64,000 nucleotides of DNA from Methanobacteriota archaeon (GTDB lineage: Archaea; Thermoplasmatota; Poseidoniia; Poseidoniales; Thalassarchaeaceae): NCBI GenBank assembly GCA_011523055.1, contig WTHQ01000037.1:3210-67209 (forward strand), in the 5' to 3' direction. Shown here in pieces: positions 18,044-27,862 of the stretch (positions within the stretch are counted from its first letter, which is position 1; each line of letters starts with the position of its first letter). The notes under the pieces were generated by a model. That model saw nothing but the letters and a program-made list of their open reading frames with translations. It was not told the origin of the DNA and made no database searches. Made by a program: the position numbers and the translations under genes.

Positions 18044-19174
18044 TTGAAAGTCCTACTGGTTCATGTTTGGTTTTGGCCTCATATAGGGGGTGGTGACCGA
18101 CACGTGGAGTTGTTGGGCAGGGAGTTAGTTTCGAAAGGACATGAAGTGACGGTGTGGTGCGCGGATGTCCCTGAACATCCTGAAAAGTCATTCAGCAGGT
18201 TTGGGATTAACGTCGTTAGGATCCCACCCAGTTTCATTATTTCCGGAGTGGACCCAGTAGTCAGCCTGAGAGGCCTCGACCCCGGGGAGTTCGATGTTAT
18301 CCACCTCCACGACACATTGCCCGTTTTGATTAGGAAGGTGGTGAAGAAGGCCACTAAATTGGGAGTTCCTATTGTGACCACTTATCACAACGATTACGTC
18401 AAAGCTACCTATGCTGGGAGGGCCCTCAAATGGATTAGGTGGAGGCTGCAGGGAAAAAACACACTTGATCTATCAACAACGACGATTGCTCTCAGGCCCT
18501 ACTTCAAGCAATTACTTAGGGAAAAGGGGGCTAATGGACGGATTGAGGTCGTTCCCACGGGGTTTGAGCCACCTGTTGAGGTTGAGGTATCCCCAAGAGG
18601 AGTACCGAATGGCCCTTTCGTGTTGTATCTTTCTAGGCTTACAAAGCAGAAGGGCCTGGACATCCTTCTAGAAGCTTGGACCCTAATGGATGATACTAGG
18701 AAGTTGGGGCATCAACTTGTGATTGCGGGGGATGGGCCTCTTAGGACAGAGGTTCTGAAAACCATACAATCAGGCACCACAGACCTACACTACGTTGGCC
18801 TGGTGGAAGATGAGGAGAAATCATGGCTCCTCAGGAACGCCTCCGCGCTTGTTCTGCCATCGAGGTTTGAGGGGTTGCCCGCCGTACTACTGGAAGCCGC
18901 ATGGGAAGGGTTGCCAGTGGCGATGTCAGATGTGAATGGACTTGGTAAGTTCACTGCGAATGGGGGCTTTGGACTCTCCATGCAGCCGAACGATGTCAAG
19001 TCGTGCATTGATGCTATATCCCAACTTACCGGTGCGGACGAATCAACGAGGGAATCTTGGTCTGACGCTGGTAGAGCACTCGCGAGAGACTATCTATGGC
19101 CCAACGTCGCAAACGAGATATTGGGGGTATACGAGAACGCGATTAAGCAAAAATTTCATTCTGGGGTAAGGTGA
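18044..19174 (+). CDS. Glycosyltransferase family 4 (GT-B fold)
   Basis: N-terminal MKVLLVHVWFWPHIGGGDRHV (GT4 N-domain). C-terminal EGLPAVLLEAAWEGLPVAMSDVNG (the E-x7-E-type motif). Confidence 0.85.
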   Translation: MKVLLVHVWFWPHIGGGDRHVELLGRELVSKGHEVTVWCADVPEHPEKSFSRFGINVVRIPPSFIISGVDPVVSLRGLDPGEFDVIHLHDTLPVLIRKVVKKATKLGVPIVTTYHNDYVKATYAGRALKWIRWRLQGKNTLDLSTTTIALRPYFKQLLREKGANGRIEVVPTGFEPPVEVEVSPRGVPNGPFVLYLSRLTKQKGLDILLEAWTLMDDTRKLGHQLVIAGDGPLRTEVLKTIQSGTTDLHYVGLVEDEEKSWLLRNASALVLPSRFEGLPAVLLEAAWEGLPVAMSDVNGLGKFTANGGFGLSMQPNDVKSCIDAISQLTGADESTRESWSDAGRALARDYLWPNVANEILGVYENAIKQKFHSGVR

Positions 19175-19218
19175 TTTGATTCGGAAGCCACAAAAAGTCC
19201 GCACTATCGCCAAGCGAC

Positions 19219-20490
19219 ATGCAGGCTCGCCTGAAGGTCGGGTCTGATAGCAAGCCCAGGCTACTCGTGGCAAAGGGCTGTTTTGATCCGATGGGAGGTG
19301 CCGAGAGAGACATAATCAGGGTGATTCCTTCCTTGATGGAGCGCTTTGAAGTGTCCGTTGCGACACTAAGGCCATCAAAGGAGGTTCAGAGCCTATGCTC
19401 CGACCTGGGATTGAGGCTTCTTTCCCCAGCTGAGCCGTGGGCATTGCCCACAGGGATCATCAACGAAGTTCTTCATAACAAACAAAGAAGATCCTTCCAA
19501 GCTTGGGCGTCCGTTCAGGGGATAATGGAAGAAATATCCTCCGTAGACGGTATCCACTTGGTGAGCGGGGATGGCTCAATTGGAATTCTGCAATTGGTTG
19601 ATCCGGGCACCAGAGTACATGTGCATTACCTCGAGCCGGACAGGGGCTTGCATGAGGTGGTTTTGCACCTAGACGTACAGGGGAGGCCCAAAAGACCGTT
19701 ATTCGTTACTCGCCTTGCATTGTCATTCGCAAGGTTCTCGGATCGTCGCCTGGTTAGAAAGTACATCAATAGGGATAATGTCAGGGTTTCAGCAAACTCA
19801 TCTTACAGCTCTTCCATGTTCAGGTCAGTCTACGGATTCGAAGCTGGTATAATCAGGCCTACGGTGTCTTCATCGGAGTTCACGGAAAGACAGACTGATG
19901 AGGAAGAGGGTGCATGGAAGGACGTAGAGGATCTGCCAGAGCCCCCTTGGGTTGTCACAGTAGGTGGATTCAATTGGGTAAAGGGCATCTGGGAGTGTAT
20001 CTCAATGCTAGAGGGTTCTGGTGTCGGGCTGGTCGTCATAGGCAGGGGGTCTGACGAAGACCTACACTCCCTCAGGGAGCATGCAAAGGCCTCGGATGTA
20101 GATATGTGGGTATACAGTGACTTAGACCTGAGTCAACTCATTGCAACGATGAGGAGATCCAGGGCAGTAATTTCCATGGCTCATGGAGAGCCATTTGGCC
20201 TCACAGCCATAGAGGCTTTGTCAGTGGGGGTCCCGGCCCTATTCGTCGATGATGGAGGGTTCAGAGACTCGATCATCGATGGAATCTGTGGGCGCCTACT
20301 TCCCCGAGATGATTACGCCGCATGGCACAGAGCGATTGAGGTAGCGGGAGATCCGGAAGTTATCGACAAGTGGGAAACTACTGGGAGAAACAGGATAAGG
20401 GAACTTAGTCTAGACCCAAAATCCCAGTCAGATTTCATCTATGATGCCCTTTTCCCAGACCACTCTCCGATCGAAATTGAGGAAGAGTGA
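19219..20490 (+). CDS. Glycosyltransferase family 4 (second of two, GT-B fold)
   Basis: GEPFGLTAIEALSVGVPALFVDDGGFRDSI C-terminal nucleotide-sugar binding motif. 423 aa. Immediately follows the first GT. Confidence 0.8.
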   Translation: MQARLKVGSDSKPRLLVAKGCFDPMGGAERDIIRVIPSLMERFEVSVATLRPSKEVQSLCSDLGLRLLSPAEPWALPTGIINEVLHNKQRRSFQAWASVQGIMEEISSVDGIHLVSGDGSIGILQLVDPGTRVHVHYLEPDRGLHEVVLHLDVQGRPKRPLFVTRLALSFARFSDRRLVRKYINRDNVRVSANSSYSSSMFRSVYGFEAGIIRPTVSSSEFTERQTDEEEGAWKDVEDLPEPPWVVTVGGFNWVKGIWECISMLEGSGVGLVVIGRGSDEDLHSLREHAKASDVDMWVYSDLDLSQLIATMRRSRAVISMAHGEPFGLTAIEALSVGVPALFVDDGGFRDSIIDGICGRLLPRDDYAAWHRAIEVAGDPEVIDKWETTGRNRIRELSLDPKSQSDFIYDALFPDHSPIEIEEE

Positions 20491-20497
20491 GACATTG

Positions 20498-20971
20498 TCA
20501 GGACAAAACCTGAAGCAAGCGAAGGAATCCTAGGAAAACGATCATCACCAGAAGCCACATCATCGCCCCCCCAAACTTCGAGTGAGTGTTTTTTTGTTGC
20601 TTTGTTGATGTGTGTTCTTCATACCCGTTTACGATCTTTCTTCCAGTTCTTCTCATCACCATCGCACCACAGAATAGCAATATCCCAAGCCACCCATGCA
20701 GGCTAATCAAGCCGGAGAGAGGTACCCCCAGAACCCATCCCCTGTAGCCTTCAACGATGATTGCAAGGAGGATCGTAACACCCAACAGGAGCCCGATTCT
20801 CTCCCCCTGTTCTTGGTGATTGAGTTTGATCTCGGTCATCCCTTCACTGATACGACTTGTATTCTTCAACGATCTGAGTGAAGTCCATTGCCTGTAGAGC
20901 ACATATGCAGCAAAGGTTCCTACAACAGGATGGGACAGCAATACGATGACATCGACTGGACCTAATCCCAT
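20498..20971 (-). CDS. Hypothetical four-TM membrane protein
   Basis: ORF-track ORF 20498..21139. Its 5' 170 nt overlap the start of the convergent-promoter gene at 21067, so the internal Met (MGLGPVDVIVLL) at 20971 is the likelier start. Four hydrophobic helices. Confidence 0.45.
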   Translation of the reverse strand: MGLGPVDVIVLLSHPVVGTFAAYVLYRQWTSLRSLKNTSRISEGMTEIKLNHQEQGERIGLLLGVTILLAIIVEGYRGWVLGVPLSGLISLHGWLGILLFCGAMVMRRTGRKIVNGYEEHTSTKQQKNTHSKFGGAMMWLLVMIVFLGFLRLLQVLS

Positions 20972-21066
20972 GACACCCGGGGTGGAGGGAGTAGTGTAAG
21001 ACTTATCCAGATTGAAGCAAACAGAAACTCCGACTATTTCATGAGCCGAATGCAGGACCGGATGGC

Positions 21067-23127
21067 ATGGAGCCGATAAGGCGCGTTGCGATAGTTGGGG
21101 CTGGAAATATGGGATCTGGGATCGCCCAGAAATCCGCACAAGAAGGTTTCTCGGTGCAAATGATCGATAGAGAAGAGGGCTACGTCGAGCGAGGAATTAA
21201 TACAATCAAGGAATTCCTGCAAGAGGCCATACAGAGGAGGATTTTCTCTGAAAGCCAAGTTGAGGCGATCATGGCAAACATCACTGGAGTAGTAGGTGCG
21301 GATTCCATACATTTAGACACGGACCTGGTGATTGAAGCTGTATTCGAGGATATTGAAGTGAAATCTAGTGTACTGAATGTTCTCTCATCCTCCTGCGACG
21401 AAAAGACGATCATTGCGACTAACACCTCTTCCTTGTCGGTTCAAGAGTTGTCATCTCTGTCAGACCGTCCCGACCGATTTATTGGGTTGCATTTCTTCTA
21501 CCATCCCGCGAAAAACAGACTTGTCGAAATAATTCCTTCGTCTTCGACATCGGAAGAGACCATTCAGTCAGTCACCCAATATTGCCGGGCAATGGGCAAG
21601 GTTGTCATCCTCTGCAAAGATAGGCCTGGTTTTGTCGTTAATCGTTTCTTCGTTCCATGGCTCAATGAGGCATGCAGATTACTTGACGAGGGGCTTGGGA
21701 CACCTGCCCAGATCGACTCCACGGCCAGGGAATGTTTCGGTATTGGGATGGGTCCCTTCGAATTGATGAATCTAACAGGGCCCTCGATCGCTCTTCACTC
21801 GTCCGATTACCTCTCCTCGCAGCTGGAGACGGATCGGTTTAGAGGTGCAGACTGCTTAAGGAAACTCGTCGAGGATGGAGGTCAATGGGACCTCTCGGAA
21901 GCAAGTGATACGACCACCTCTGAGTGTTATGAGAAGATCAAGAATCGGTTGCTCGGCGTTATCTTCTGTGTATCCTCCCAAATCGTTGAGGAGGAGATTT
22001 GTAGCTTGGAAGATGTGGATAGGGGTGCTAAAGTGGGTTTGAGATGGCCAATCGGCCCATTTGAAATAGCAAACAGGATGGGAGTTGGAACCGCGTCTAG
22101 AATTGCTTCTGAATATGCAACCACAGCGGGATTGGAAGTCCCTCGAATTCTATCAGATAGAGGGTCCAAGCCGTTCGATTTCAACCTGATAGACATAGAG
22201 GTCGAAAACGGCGTGGCGGACATAACGTTCAATCGGCCAGAGGCGATGAATGCTCTGAATGAGCAAGTGGTTTCTCAGCTTCGAGACATCTGGGATGGAC
22301 TAGAAGCGGACCAAAACGTCCACTCTGCCATCTTCAGGGGAGCAGGTAAAGCATTTGTCGCAGGTGCTGACATCAAGTTCTTTGTCGACAAGATTGAGGG
22401 TGGCAGGATTGATCAGATCAGGGACTTTACCGAGATGGGGCACGCCATACTGAATAGGATCGAGTCATCGAGGATCAACACGATTGCGGTAGTCTCTGGG
22501 CTTGCATTGGGAGGAGGCCTAGAACTGGCCATGTGCTGCAAACATAGAATCGGCGTTAGGGGGAAGACAATGCTAAGATTCCCTGAAACTGGAATCGGGA
22601 TCTACCCTGGGCTTGGGGGCACACAAAGATCCGTTATGATTGCAGGGGTCGAATGCGCCAGATACAGCATAATCGGAGGGAACTGGATGGATTCGACCCT
22701 ATCACACTCCATCGGATACCTCACAAATATCGTGGAATTTGGAGAATTGGAAGAAGAAATAGAAAAGATCGTGAAGGGGGAGGTTGGAGCCCCTGGATAC
22801 TGTTATGAGCCAAGAGACCCAGATAATCCGCTTGTGAGCCAGATCCTGGAAACCTATGGAGAAGGGTGGCATGACGACCTAGTGGTATCGCCTTCATCTA
22901 CTGGCCCATTCCAGGAAAGACAAGTGAAGTTAATTTCGAGGAACGCGCCCATTTCGATAGAGATGGCCTCTGAACTGATCGAAATCGCCAGTAATTCCCG
23001 CGACGAACCGACAGTAGGATTGAAATCAGAATTGGATGGCTTGGAGAGAATTTTCTCCACCAAAGATGCCCTGATCGGACTCAAGGGTGTCCTAAATGGT
23101 GATAGGGTTCGATTCTTTGGCGAATGA
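21067..23127 (+). CDS. Fused 3-hydroxyacyl-CoA dehydrogenase (N-terminal) / enoyl-CoA hydratase (crotonase, C-terminal) beta-oxidation enzyme
   Basis: N-terminal Rossmann VAIVGAGNMGSGIA and 3HCDH middle region. C-terminal crotonase-fold motifs (AFVAGADIKFF, ALGGGLELAMCC). 686 aa. Confidence 0.9.
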   Translation: MEPIRRVAIVGAGNMGSGIAQKSAQEGFSVQMIDREEGYVERGINTIKEFLQEAIQRRIFSESQVEAIMANITGVVGADSIHLDTDLVIEAVFEDIEVKSSVLNVLSSSCDEKTIIATNTSSLSVQELSSLSDRPDRFIGLHFFYHPAKNRLVEIIPSSSTSEETIQSVTQYCRAMGKVVILCKDRPGFVVNRFFVPWLNEACRLLDEGLGTPAQIDSTARECFGIGMGPFELMNLTGPSIALHSSDYLSSQLETDRFRGADCLRKLVEDGGQWDLSEASDTTTSECYEKIKNRLLGVIFCVSSQIVEEEICSLEDVDRGAKVGLRWPIGPFEIANRMGVGTASRIASEYATTAGLEVPRILSDRGSKPFDFNLIDIEVENGVADITFNRPEAMNALNEQVVSQLRDIWDGLEADQNVHSAIFRGAGKAFVAGADIKFFVDKIEGGRIDQIRDFTEMGHAILNRIESSRINTIAVVSGLALGGGLELAMCCKHRIGVRGKTMLRFPETGIGIYPGLGGTQRSVMIAGVECARYSIIGGNWMDSTLSHSIGYLTNIVEFGELEEEIEKIVKGEVGAPGYCYEPRDPDNPLVSQILETYGEGWHDDLVVSPSSTGPFQERQVKLISRNAPISIEMASELIEIASNSRDEPTVGLKSELDGLERIFSTKDALIGLKGVLNGDRVRFFGE

Positions 23128-23176
23128 CCCTATTTCCTTGGACTTTGTATCCATGCTGGTGCACGATACTCAGCTA

Positions 23177-23197
23177 TTGACCTGACGATCAGGTCAA
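23177..23197 (+). terminator. Hairpin (9 bp stem TTGACCTGA / TCAGGTCAA, 3 nt loop) followed by an A/T-rich tract, 50 nt after the fusion-enzyme stop
   Basis: Perfect inverted repeat read directly from the sequence, followed by AAAAGTTCACTTTT. A second 8 bp inverted repeat CCTTGCCA/TGGCAAGG lies at 23227..23251. Confidence 0.4.
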
Positions 23198-23406
23198 AAA
23201 GTTCACTTTTGGACAATTCAACCCCTCCTTGCCAATATGGATGTGGCAAGGAAAAGTAAAGGAGACTTAGCTTTCTTTTCCTCTTCCAGTTCAATTGCCT
23301 CTTGTGCCCATTCTTCCAACCATCTGTCCATTCTTAGTTCCTCCATGCTACTTGGTTTACTTTCAACACCTCCTATATTCACCAATATATGAATATCTAA
23401 GGTTCC

Positions 23407-23436
23407 GTGTCCACACCGAGGTGTATTTTATACACC
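23407..23436 (+). promoter_or_regulatory. Candidate promoter/operator: TTTTATA box about 27 nt upstream of the HxlR ATG, embedded in a perfect 17 bp palindrome GGTGTATTTTATACACC, with an upstream GTGTCCACAC repeat of the same half-site
   Basis: Palindrome at 23420..23436 is read directly. Half-site GGTGT/ACACC occurs four times within 30 nt. TATA-to-ATG spacing is typical of an archaeal leaderless transcript. Confidence 0.45.
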
Positions 23437-23455
23437 AAATGCTATCTGACGCACC

Positions 23456-23914
23456 ATGGAAAAGAGCCATTCATCGGTCAACATACCAAAAAGTGACATC
23501 ATGAAAGTGCAATCTGCTATTGAGGAAGTAAAGACAAATGGGAGTCTGATCCGAAGCATCTTCGAGAGTCATGCGGACCCGATAAACGCCGTGGAGTGGG
23601 AGGTGGATGCGGCAGTGGAATGTTTCCAGATCTTTAGTTCAAGGTGGACGATTGAGATATTGGCAGCACTTTACATTGCAGGTGACAGGAGGTTCAACGA
23701 GATGAGGACGTTGCTGAGAGGGATAAGCAGCAGAACTCTGTCGGATAAGCTAAGTGCGTGTCAGAGGAATGGGCTGGTTGAAAGAGTAGTTGAGGATGGT
23801 CCGCCTGTTAGGGTCTCATACAAGCTTACTGATCATGGAAAATCTTGCGGTAGGCTTCTAGGCCCGCTAATCGGTTACATGAAAATCGAGAAAGGCCTGG
23901 TCAAAGGGATTTGA
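23456..23914 (+). CDS. HxlR-family winged-helix transcriptional regulator
   Basis: CFQIFSSRWTIEILAALYIAGDRRFNEMRTLLRGISSRTLSDKLSACQRNGLVERVV..PPVRVSYKLTDHG matches the HxlR (DUF24) wHTH. The alternative start M16 (23501) would give 137 aa. Confidence 0.75.
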   Translation: MEKSHSSVNIPKSDIMKVQSAIEEVKTNGSLIRSIFESHADPINAVEWEVDAAVECFQIFSSRWTIEILAALYIAGDRRFNEMRTLLRGISSRTLSDKLSACQRNGLVERVVEDGPPVRVSYKLTDHGKSCGRLLGPLIGYMKIEKGLVKGI

Positions 23915-23966
23915 GCCAGATGCATCAGCCCGATTTATTCATACACTCAATTTAGAACGGGTACCC

Positions 23967-24599
23967 GTGGCGTTAGTGCACAGACTGGTATCACCGGATC
24001 TTAAGGTGGGTTTCTATCAATCGATTCTGGGATTCCTCGGTATTCCTTTGATTGGAATTCAAGGGATTATCAAAGGAATGAACAAAGATGCATGGGCTCC
24101 CTCCCTTGCTGAACGAATAATTTCGATACTGTCATTATCTCCCGGACTTCATTTTAGAGAACTACAAAGGAGATTGGGTGCAGCGAACGGCACACTCAGA
24201 CATAGATTAAGGAAAATGGAAAGAAGCGGGGAGGTGTTCGTTGAAAGGACGAACGGCCGTGTCTGCTATTTCTCGGGGCCTCCGACCCAGCTAGAGATTC
24301 TTGAGGGGGTCGAAGTCATAGACAACGCACGTGCATCATCCTTGTTGCCAGTTGGGCTCTCAAAACTTCAGAGGAAGATCGTATGTGAGCTAGTAGATGG
24401 CCAGATCCACTCAACACAAGCAGATTTGGCGAGATCACTCGGCCGCTCCAGGTCTGCAGTAAACAGTGCTGTCATGGTACTCCGGGAGCGGGGAATTCTG
24501 CAGATTGATGAGCTGAAACTTGAGAGTCACCTTTCATGCCTCTCTAATACCATGCCCACATATGACTGGGTGGAATACAGATCGAATGTATCAGTTTGA
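23967..24599 (+). CDS. Putative membrane-associated transcription regulator with two winged-helix (ArsR/MarR-like) domains
   Basis: N-terminal hydrophobic stretch VGFYQSILGFLGIPLIGIQGII. wHTH 1 is ERIISILSLSPGLHFRELQRRLGAANGTLRHRLRKMERSGEV. wHTH 2 is LSKLQRKIVCELVDGQIHSTQADLARSLGRSRSAVNSAVMVLRERGIL. Confidence 0.6.
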   Translation: MALVHRLVSPDLKVGFYQSILGFLGIPLIGIQGIIKGMNKDAWAPSLAERIISILSLSPGLHFRELQRRLGAANGTLRHRLRKMERSGEVFVERTNGRVCYFSGPPTQLEILEGVEVIDNARASSLLPVGLSKLQRKIVCELVDGQIHSTQADLARSLGRSRSAVNSAVMVLRERGILQIDELKLESHLSCLSNTMPTYDWVEYRSNVSV

Positions 24600-24629
24600 C
24601 TTTGCCATGGCTTTCTTTCGGCAATACTG

Positions 24630-25745
24630 ATGAGCCCTCAAGTTAACCACCATCCAGTGCTTCGAGTCAGATTAGTTGAGATTCCCCTTCCCGCGGGCAG
24701 CAGGGACCCAGAGGTCTTGATTGATTGGATGTTGAACAGCCTGGGGCTGATCAGGTCGAAGGGAGCCAACAAATCGACTCTTGATAGAATGGGGGGAATA
24801 AACAAAATCATGTCCCAATGTTTCCTAAAGTCTACAAGTTCTGGATGGACAGCAGCCGAGATCTCTGATTTGACGGGGATTTCCTCAACTGGCGTGCACA
24901 ATCAACTCGTGAAATTGACTGAATCTGGGTTGCTGTCAGGGATAAACGTAGATGGGAAAAGGACCTACATGGTAAATGGAGGTAGCTTCCAAAATTCTGC
25001 AGAACTTATCGGAATTAACACCCTAACCATAGCAAAACAAAGGCTTAGGATCCTCAGTGGGCACATCGCTGAAAGCCAAGATCGTATGGAGGTTCCAGCT
25101 GAGAATGAGGCCGTCCCATTTAGGATGAATGTCGTGAGTTTAATGCCAACCTCGAAAGAGATTGGTATCGCTCAGTTGTCCAGGGATCTAGGCTTCGATG
25201 GTGATCGAATAAGATTTGATGATGATCTGCACATTGATCTGATGAACATATTGGCCTCAGCCCACAAACCACTGGGAATAACTCGCTTGATGGAAGAAAC
25301 CGGTGGGACTCGGGCTAGAATTGGTCGTATCCTGGGCCGAATGAGAAGTGCAGGATTTTTGGAAAGGGCCGTCGTCGCCTCGAGGTTGGACGTAGATATC
25401 TTTACTGGGCTCCTCAGACAGTACAATGCTAGGGGATCAGATTGGATAATGAGCAGAGGTGGACTCTCCAGATTTCCTAAGGATGTTCAAAAATCGCTGA
25501 CTGACAGCTTGGAGAGTGGGGAACATTCCTTGGAAGGGGTGGAAGAGTCCTTGGAAAAACTCACTATTGATGAGAAGGGCCTTTTCCTGAATATGCTCGG
25601 AGGGCGAGTTCCGCTAGGCTATCGAGTGAAAGGCGCAACAGGGGATGAGGTTTTGAGATCCATTTTGTCTGGCTTAGAAAGAGTCGTCTCAAGGATCTCG
25701 ACTATCTCCGGTCGATTGGATGAAGTGATTCTGAAGTCAGATTAG
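24630..25745 (+). CDS. Multi-winged-helix (at least 3 wHTH) putative transcription regulator
   Basis: Repeated HTH-like segments (TAAEISDLTGISSTGVHNQLVKLTESGLL, IGIAQLSRDLGFDGDRIRFD, LGITRLMEETGGTRARIGRILGRMRSAGFLER). 371 aa. Follows 23967..24599 by 30 nt. Confidence 0.6.
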   Translation: MSPQVNHHPVLRVRLVEIPLPAGSRDPEVLIDWMLNSLGLIRSKGANKSTLDRMGGINKIMSQCFLKSTSSGWTAAEISDLTGISSTGVHNQLVKLTESGLLSGINVDGKRTYMVNGGSFQNSAELIGINTLTIAKQRLRILSGHIAESQDRMEVPAENEAVPFRMNVVSLMPTSKEIGIAQLSRDLGFDGDRIRFDDDLHIDLMNILASAHKPLGITRLMEETGGTRARIGRILGRMRSAGFLERAVVASRLDVDIFTGLLRQYNARGSDWIMSRGGLSRFPKDVQKSLTDSLESGEHSLEGVEESLEKLTIDEKGLFLNMLGGRVPLGYRVKGATGDEVLRSILSGLERVVSRISTISGRLDEVILKSD

Positions 25746-26716
25746 TGGATCATTGCTTTACTCTCGAGGCTACTCAGGTAGGAGGAGACCATTCGACCTA
25801 GCTCTTCGTGGCTCTGAGCCCTGTGGAGGGAAACCCGCATCGAGGATGCTCCTGGTAGGCCCTTTGTAAAAGAGATGGCGTGCCTCTTAGAATTCTTGCT
25901 GCCTGCCGTTCCATATACCTCCTCGCACAAAGCCAGGTATCGCTCCCAACACCATTTCCTCGCGATGATGGGGTCGTCGACCCTCCAAGGTGGCTCCTCC
26001 ATTGTCCAACCTAGGTCTTTCTTTATGTCGTGAAAGATCATAGGTCTGCCGATCGCAGCCCTCCCGATCATCAAACCATCCGCATCAGTGGCAGCCAGGC
26101 AGGAGTCAGCTGATTTTGCGTCGATCACGTCTCCATTTGCGATTACAGGTATCGATACGGCTTTGACGATCTGATGTATCGACTCCCAGTCTGCAACACC
26201 GGAGTATCGCTGCCTAAGCGTTCTCCCATGCACACAAACGCGAATGACCCCTTCTGACTCTAATCTCTTGGTTATCTCAAGTGCAGTATCAGGCATCCCA
26301 CCGGTGCCCAATCTCATCTTTACTGAGATTGGAACCCCAGAGGCTTCGACACAGGAACGGACCAAACTGACGACTTGATCTGGATCCCTCAACAGCGCGG
26401 CCCCAGCATTGTTCCTACATACCTTTGGTGCTGGGCATCCGAAGTTGATGTCGATTATGTCTGCTTTGCCTTGCAGCATCCTCACAGTAGTTACCATCTC
26501 TTCCTTGTCCCCCCCGAAGATTTGTGGGATGAATGTCTTCTCCCTTGGGTGACTTTCCAGCTTGAGCCAGGATTTCTTTTCCTTCCTGGATAACCCCGAG
26601 GCCGCAGTAAACTCTGTGAGGGTGAAATCAGCCCCGCATTCACTGGCAAGTAAGCGGTAAGCAAGGTCCGTCACACCCGCCATCGGGGCGAGGAACAACG
26701 GAACCTGTGTAGGCAT
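25742..26716 (-). CDS. dus: tRNA-dihydrouridine synthase (Dus family)
   Basis: LAPMAGVTDLAYRLL N-terminal FMN-barrel motif. DINFGCP and catalytic-Cys region. 324 aa. Confidence 0.85.
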   Translation of the reverse strand: MPTQVPLFLAPMAGVTDLAYRLLASECGADFTLTEFTAASGLSRKEKKSWLKLESHPREKTFIPQIFGGDKEEMVTTVRMLQGKADIIDINFGCPAPKVCRNNAGAALLRDPDQVVSLVRSCVEASGVPISVKMRLGTGGMPDTALEITKRLESEGVIRVCVHGRTLRQRYSGVADWESIHQIVKAVSIPVIANGDVIDAKSADSCLAATDADGLMIGRAAIGRPMIFHDIKKDLGWTMEEPPWRVDDPIIARKWCWERYLALCEEVYGTAGSKNSKRHAISFTKGLPGASSMRVSLHRAQSHEELGRMVSSYLSSLESKAMIH

Positions 26717-26760
26717 GGTTTTTCTGAAATTTGGCTATTATTTGACGGTGACTGGGGCTT

Positions 26761-27120
26761 TTACTCTAGCCTGCTTGAAATCAGGGAAAATAGACCATCG
26801 ACAGATCCTTGGCATTTCTGAAGTTCTTTGTCAGTTGCAAGGGTGATGAAACCAGCCTCGGTCTTGCCAACGACGATCGGAGTAATGCCCTTTGTGTAAT
26901 CCCGTAGTTCACTGGGTTGTTCATTTAGGTGGACCAGGTTGAATGGGATGCTAAAACTCTCTCTCTTTGACTTCATTTCTTTCTTCTCCCACGCCAAACT
27001 GTGCGTGATGTCGCACAAAGAACAGTGGTTGCCGCGGAACAGGACGCCTGCTACGTACCTTAATTCACCGACTATGCCACCATCTGCGTGGTAAACCCCC
27101 CATACGGATTCAATGGTCAT
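26761..27120 (-). CDS. Hypothetical protein (119 aa), downstream of rps2
   Basis: ORF-track ORF. Has a GNHCSLCDITH Cys/His cluster. No family recognised. Confidence 0.5.
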   Translation of the reverse strand: MTIESVWGVYHADGGIVGELRYVAGVLFRGNHCSLCDITHSLAWEKKEMKSKRESFSIPFNLVHLNEQPSELRDYTKGITPIVVGKTEAGFITLATDKELQKCQGSVDGLFSLISSRLE

Positions 27121-27169
27121 CGGGGGAGGACGGGTGTTTGTCCCTTATGGATCGGTGTTTCGATCTTGG

Positions 27170-27784
27170 TCAGAATGTGGATTCCCAGTCGTCGACATCC
27201 TGTGATCTTTCCCAGTCAGCATAGGTAGCCTCTCCACGTTGAACTAGCATTTCTCTTGCTAGTAGCCAGTAAACGAGGGAAAGGGATCTCCTCCCCTTAT
27301 TGTTCGCGGGGAGAGCAAGATCCACATTTCTCAATGTGTTGTTTGCATCACAAATACCAACCACAGGAATTCCGGAACTGATAGCCTCGTTCAGGGCCTG
27401 GGAGTCAGCTGATGGATCCGTGACCATGAGGACCTCTGGTTCGATGTAGGAGCTTAACCGGGGATTAGTCAGGGTACCTGGAATGAATCGGCCTACGATC
27501 CTCTTAGCCCCTATGGCCTGTGCAAATTTCCTCGCTGGGCGTTGCCCGTATTGTCGGGCGCTGACGACGAGTACTCTCGTTGGGTCGTATCTGTTGAGGA
27601 ACGCAGCGACTGTTCTGATTCTATCATCTGTCTTTTCGATGTCGATCAGGTGTAGGCCACTACCGTCCCTTGCTCCGGTGTCTAGGAAGCGTTGCATATC
27701 AGCTGATTTTTGGTTCGTACCTATGTGTACCGCATGGGTCCTGTACATGTCATAGGGTACTAGCGGGGTCGCTTGTTCACTCAT
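27170..27784 (-). CDS. rps2: 30S ribosomal protein S2 (uS2)
   Basis: LVPYDMYRTHAVHIGTNQKSADMQRF and LHLIDIEKTDDRIRTVAAFLNRY..VLVVSARQY match archaeal uS2. The start is taken at the internal Met (MSEQATPLVP), which fits archaeal S2 N-termini. The ORF-track start is 27820. Confidence 0.9.
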   Translation of the reverse strand: MSEQATPLVPYDMYRTHAVHIGTNQKSADMQRFLDTGARDGSGLHLIDIEKTDDRIRTVAAFLNRYDPTRVLVVSARQYGQRPARKFAQAIGAKRIVGRFIPGTLTNPRLSSYIEPEVLMVTDPSADSQALNEAISSGIPVVGICDANNTLRNVDLALPANNKGRRSLSLVYWLLAREMLVQRGEATYADWERSQDVDDWESTF

Positions 27785-27862
27785 CGCAATGCCTCGGCAA
27801 CGCGGCCACCTAACGGGCATTGATAAGCGCTGCGCAACAATGAAGTGACCATTCTTGTCAAT

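Noticed and set aside
23295-23504. ORF 23295..23504 (+), 69 aa
   Set aside because: It spans the hairpin- and TATA-containing intergenic region and runs into the HxlR gene in another frame. Its composition is hydrophobic junk.
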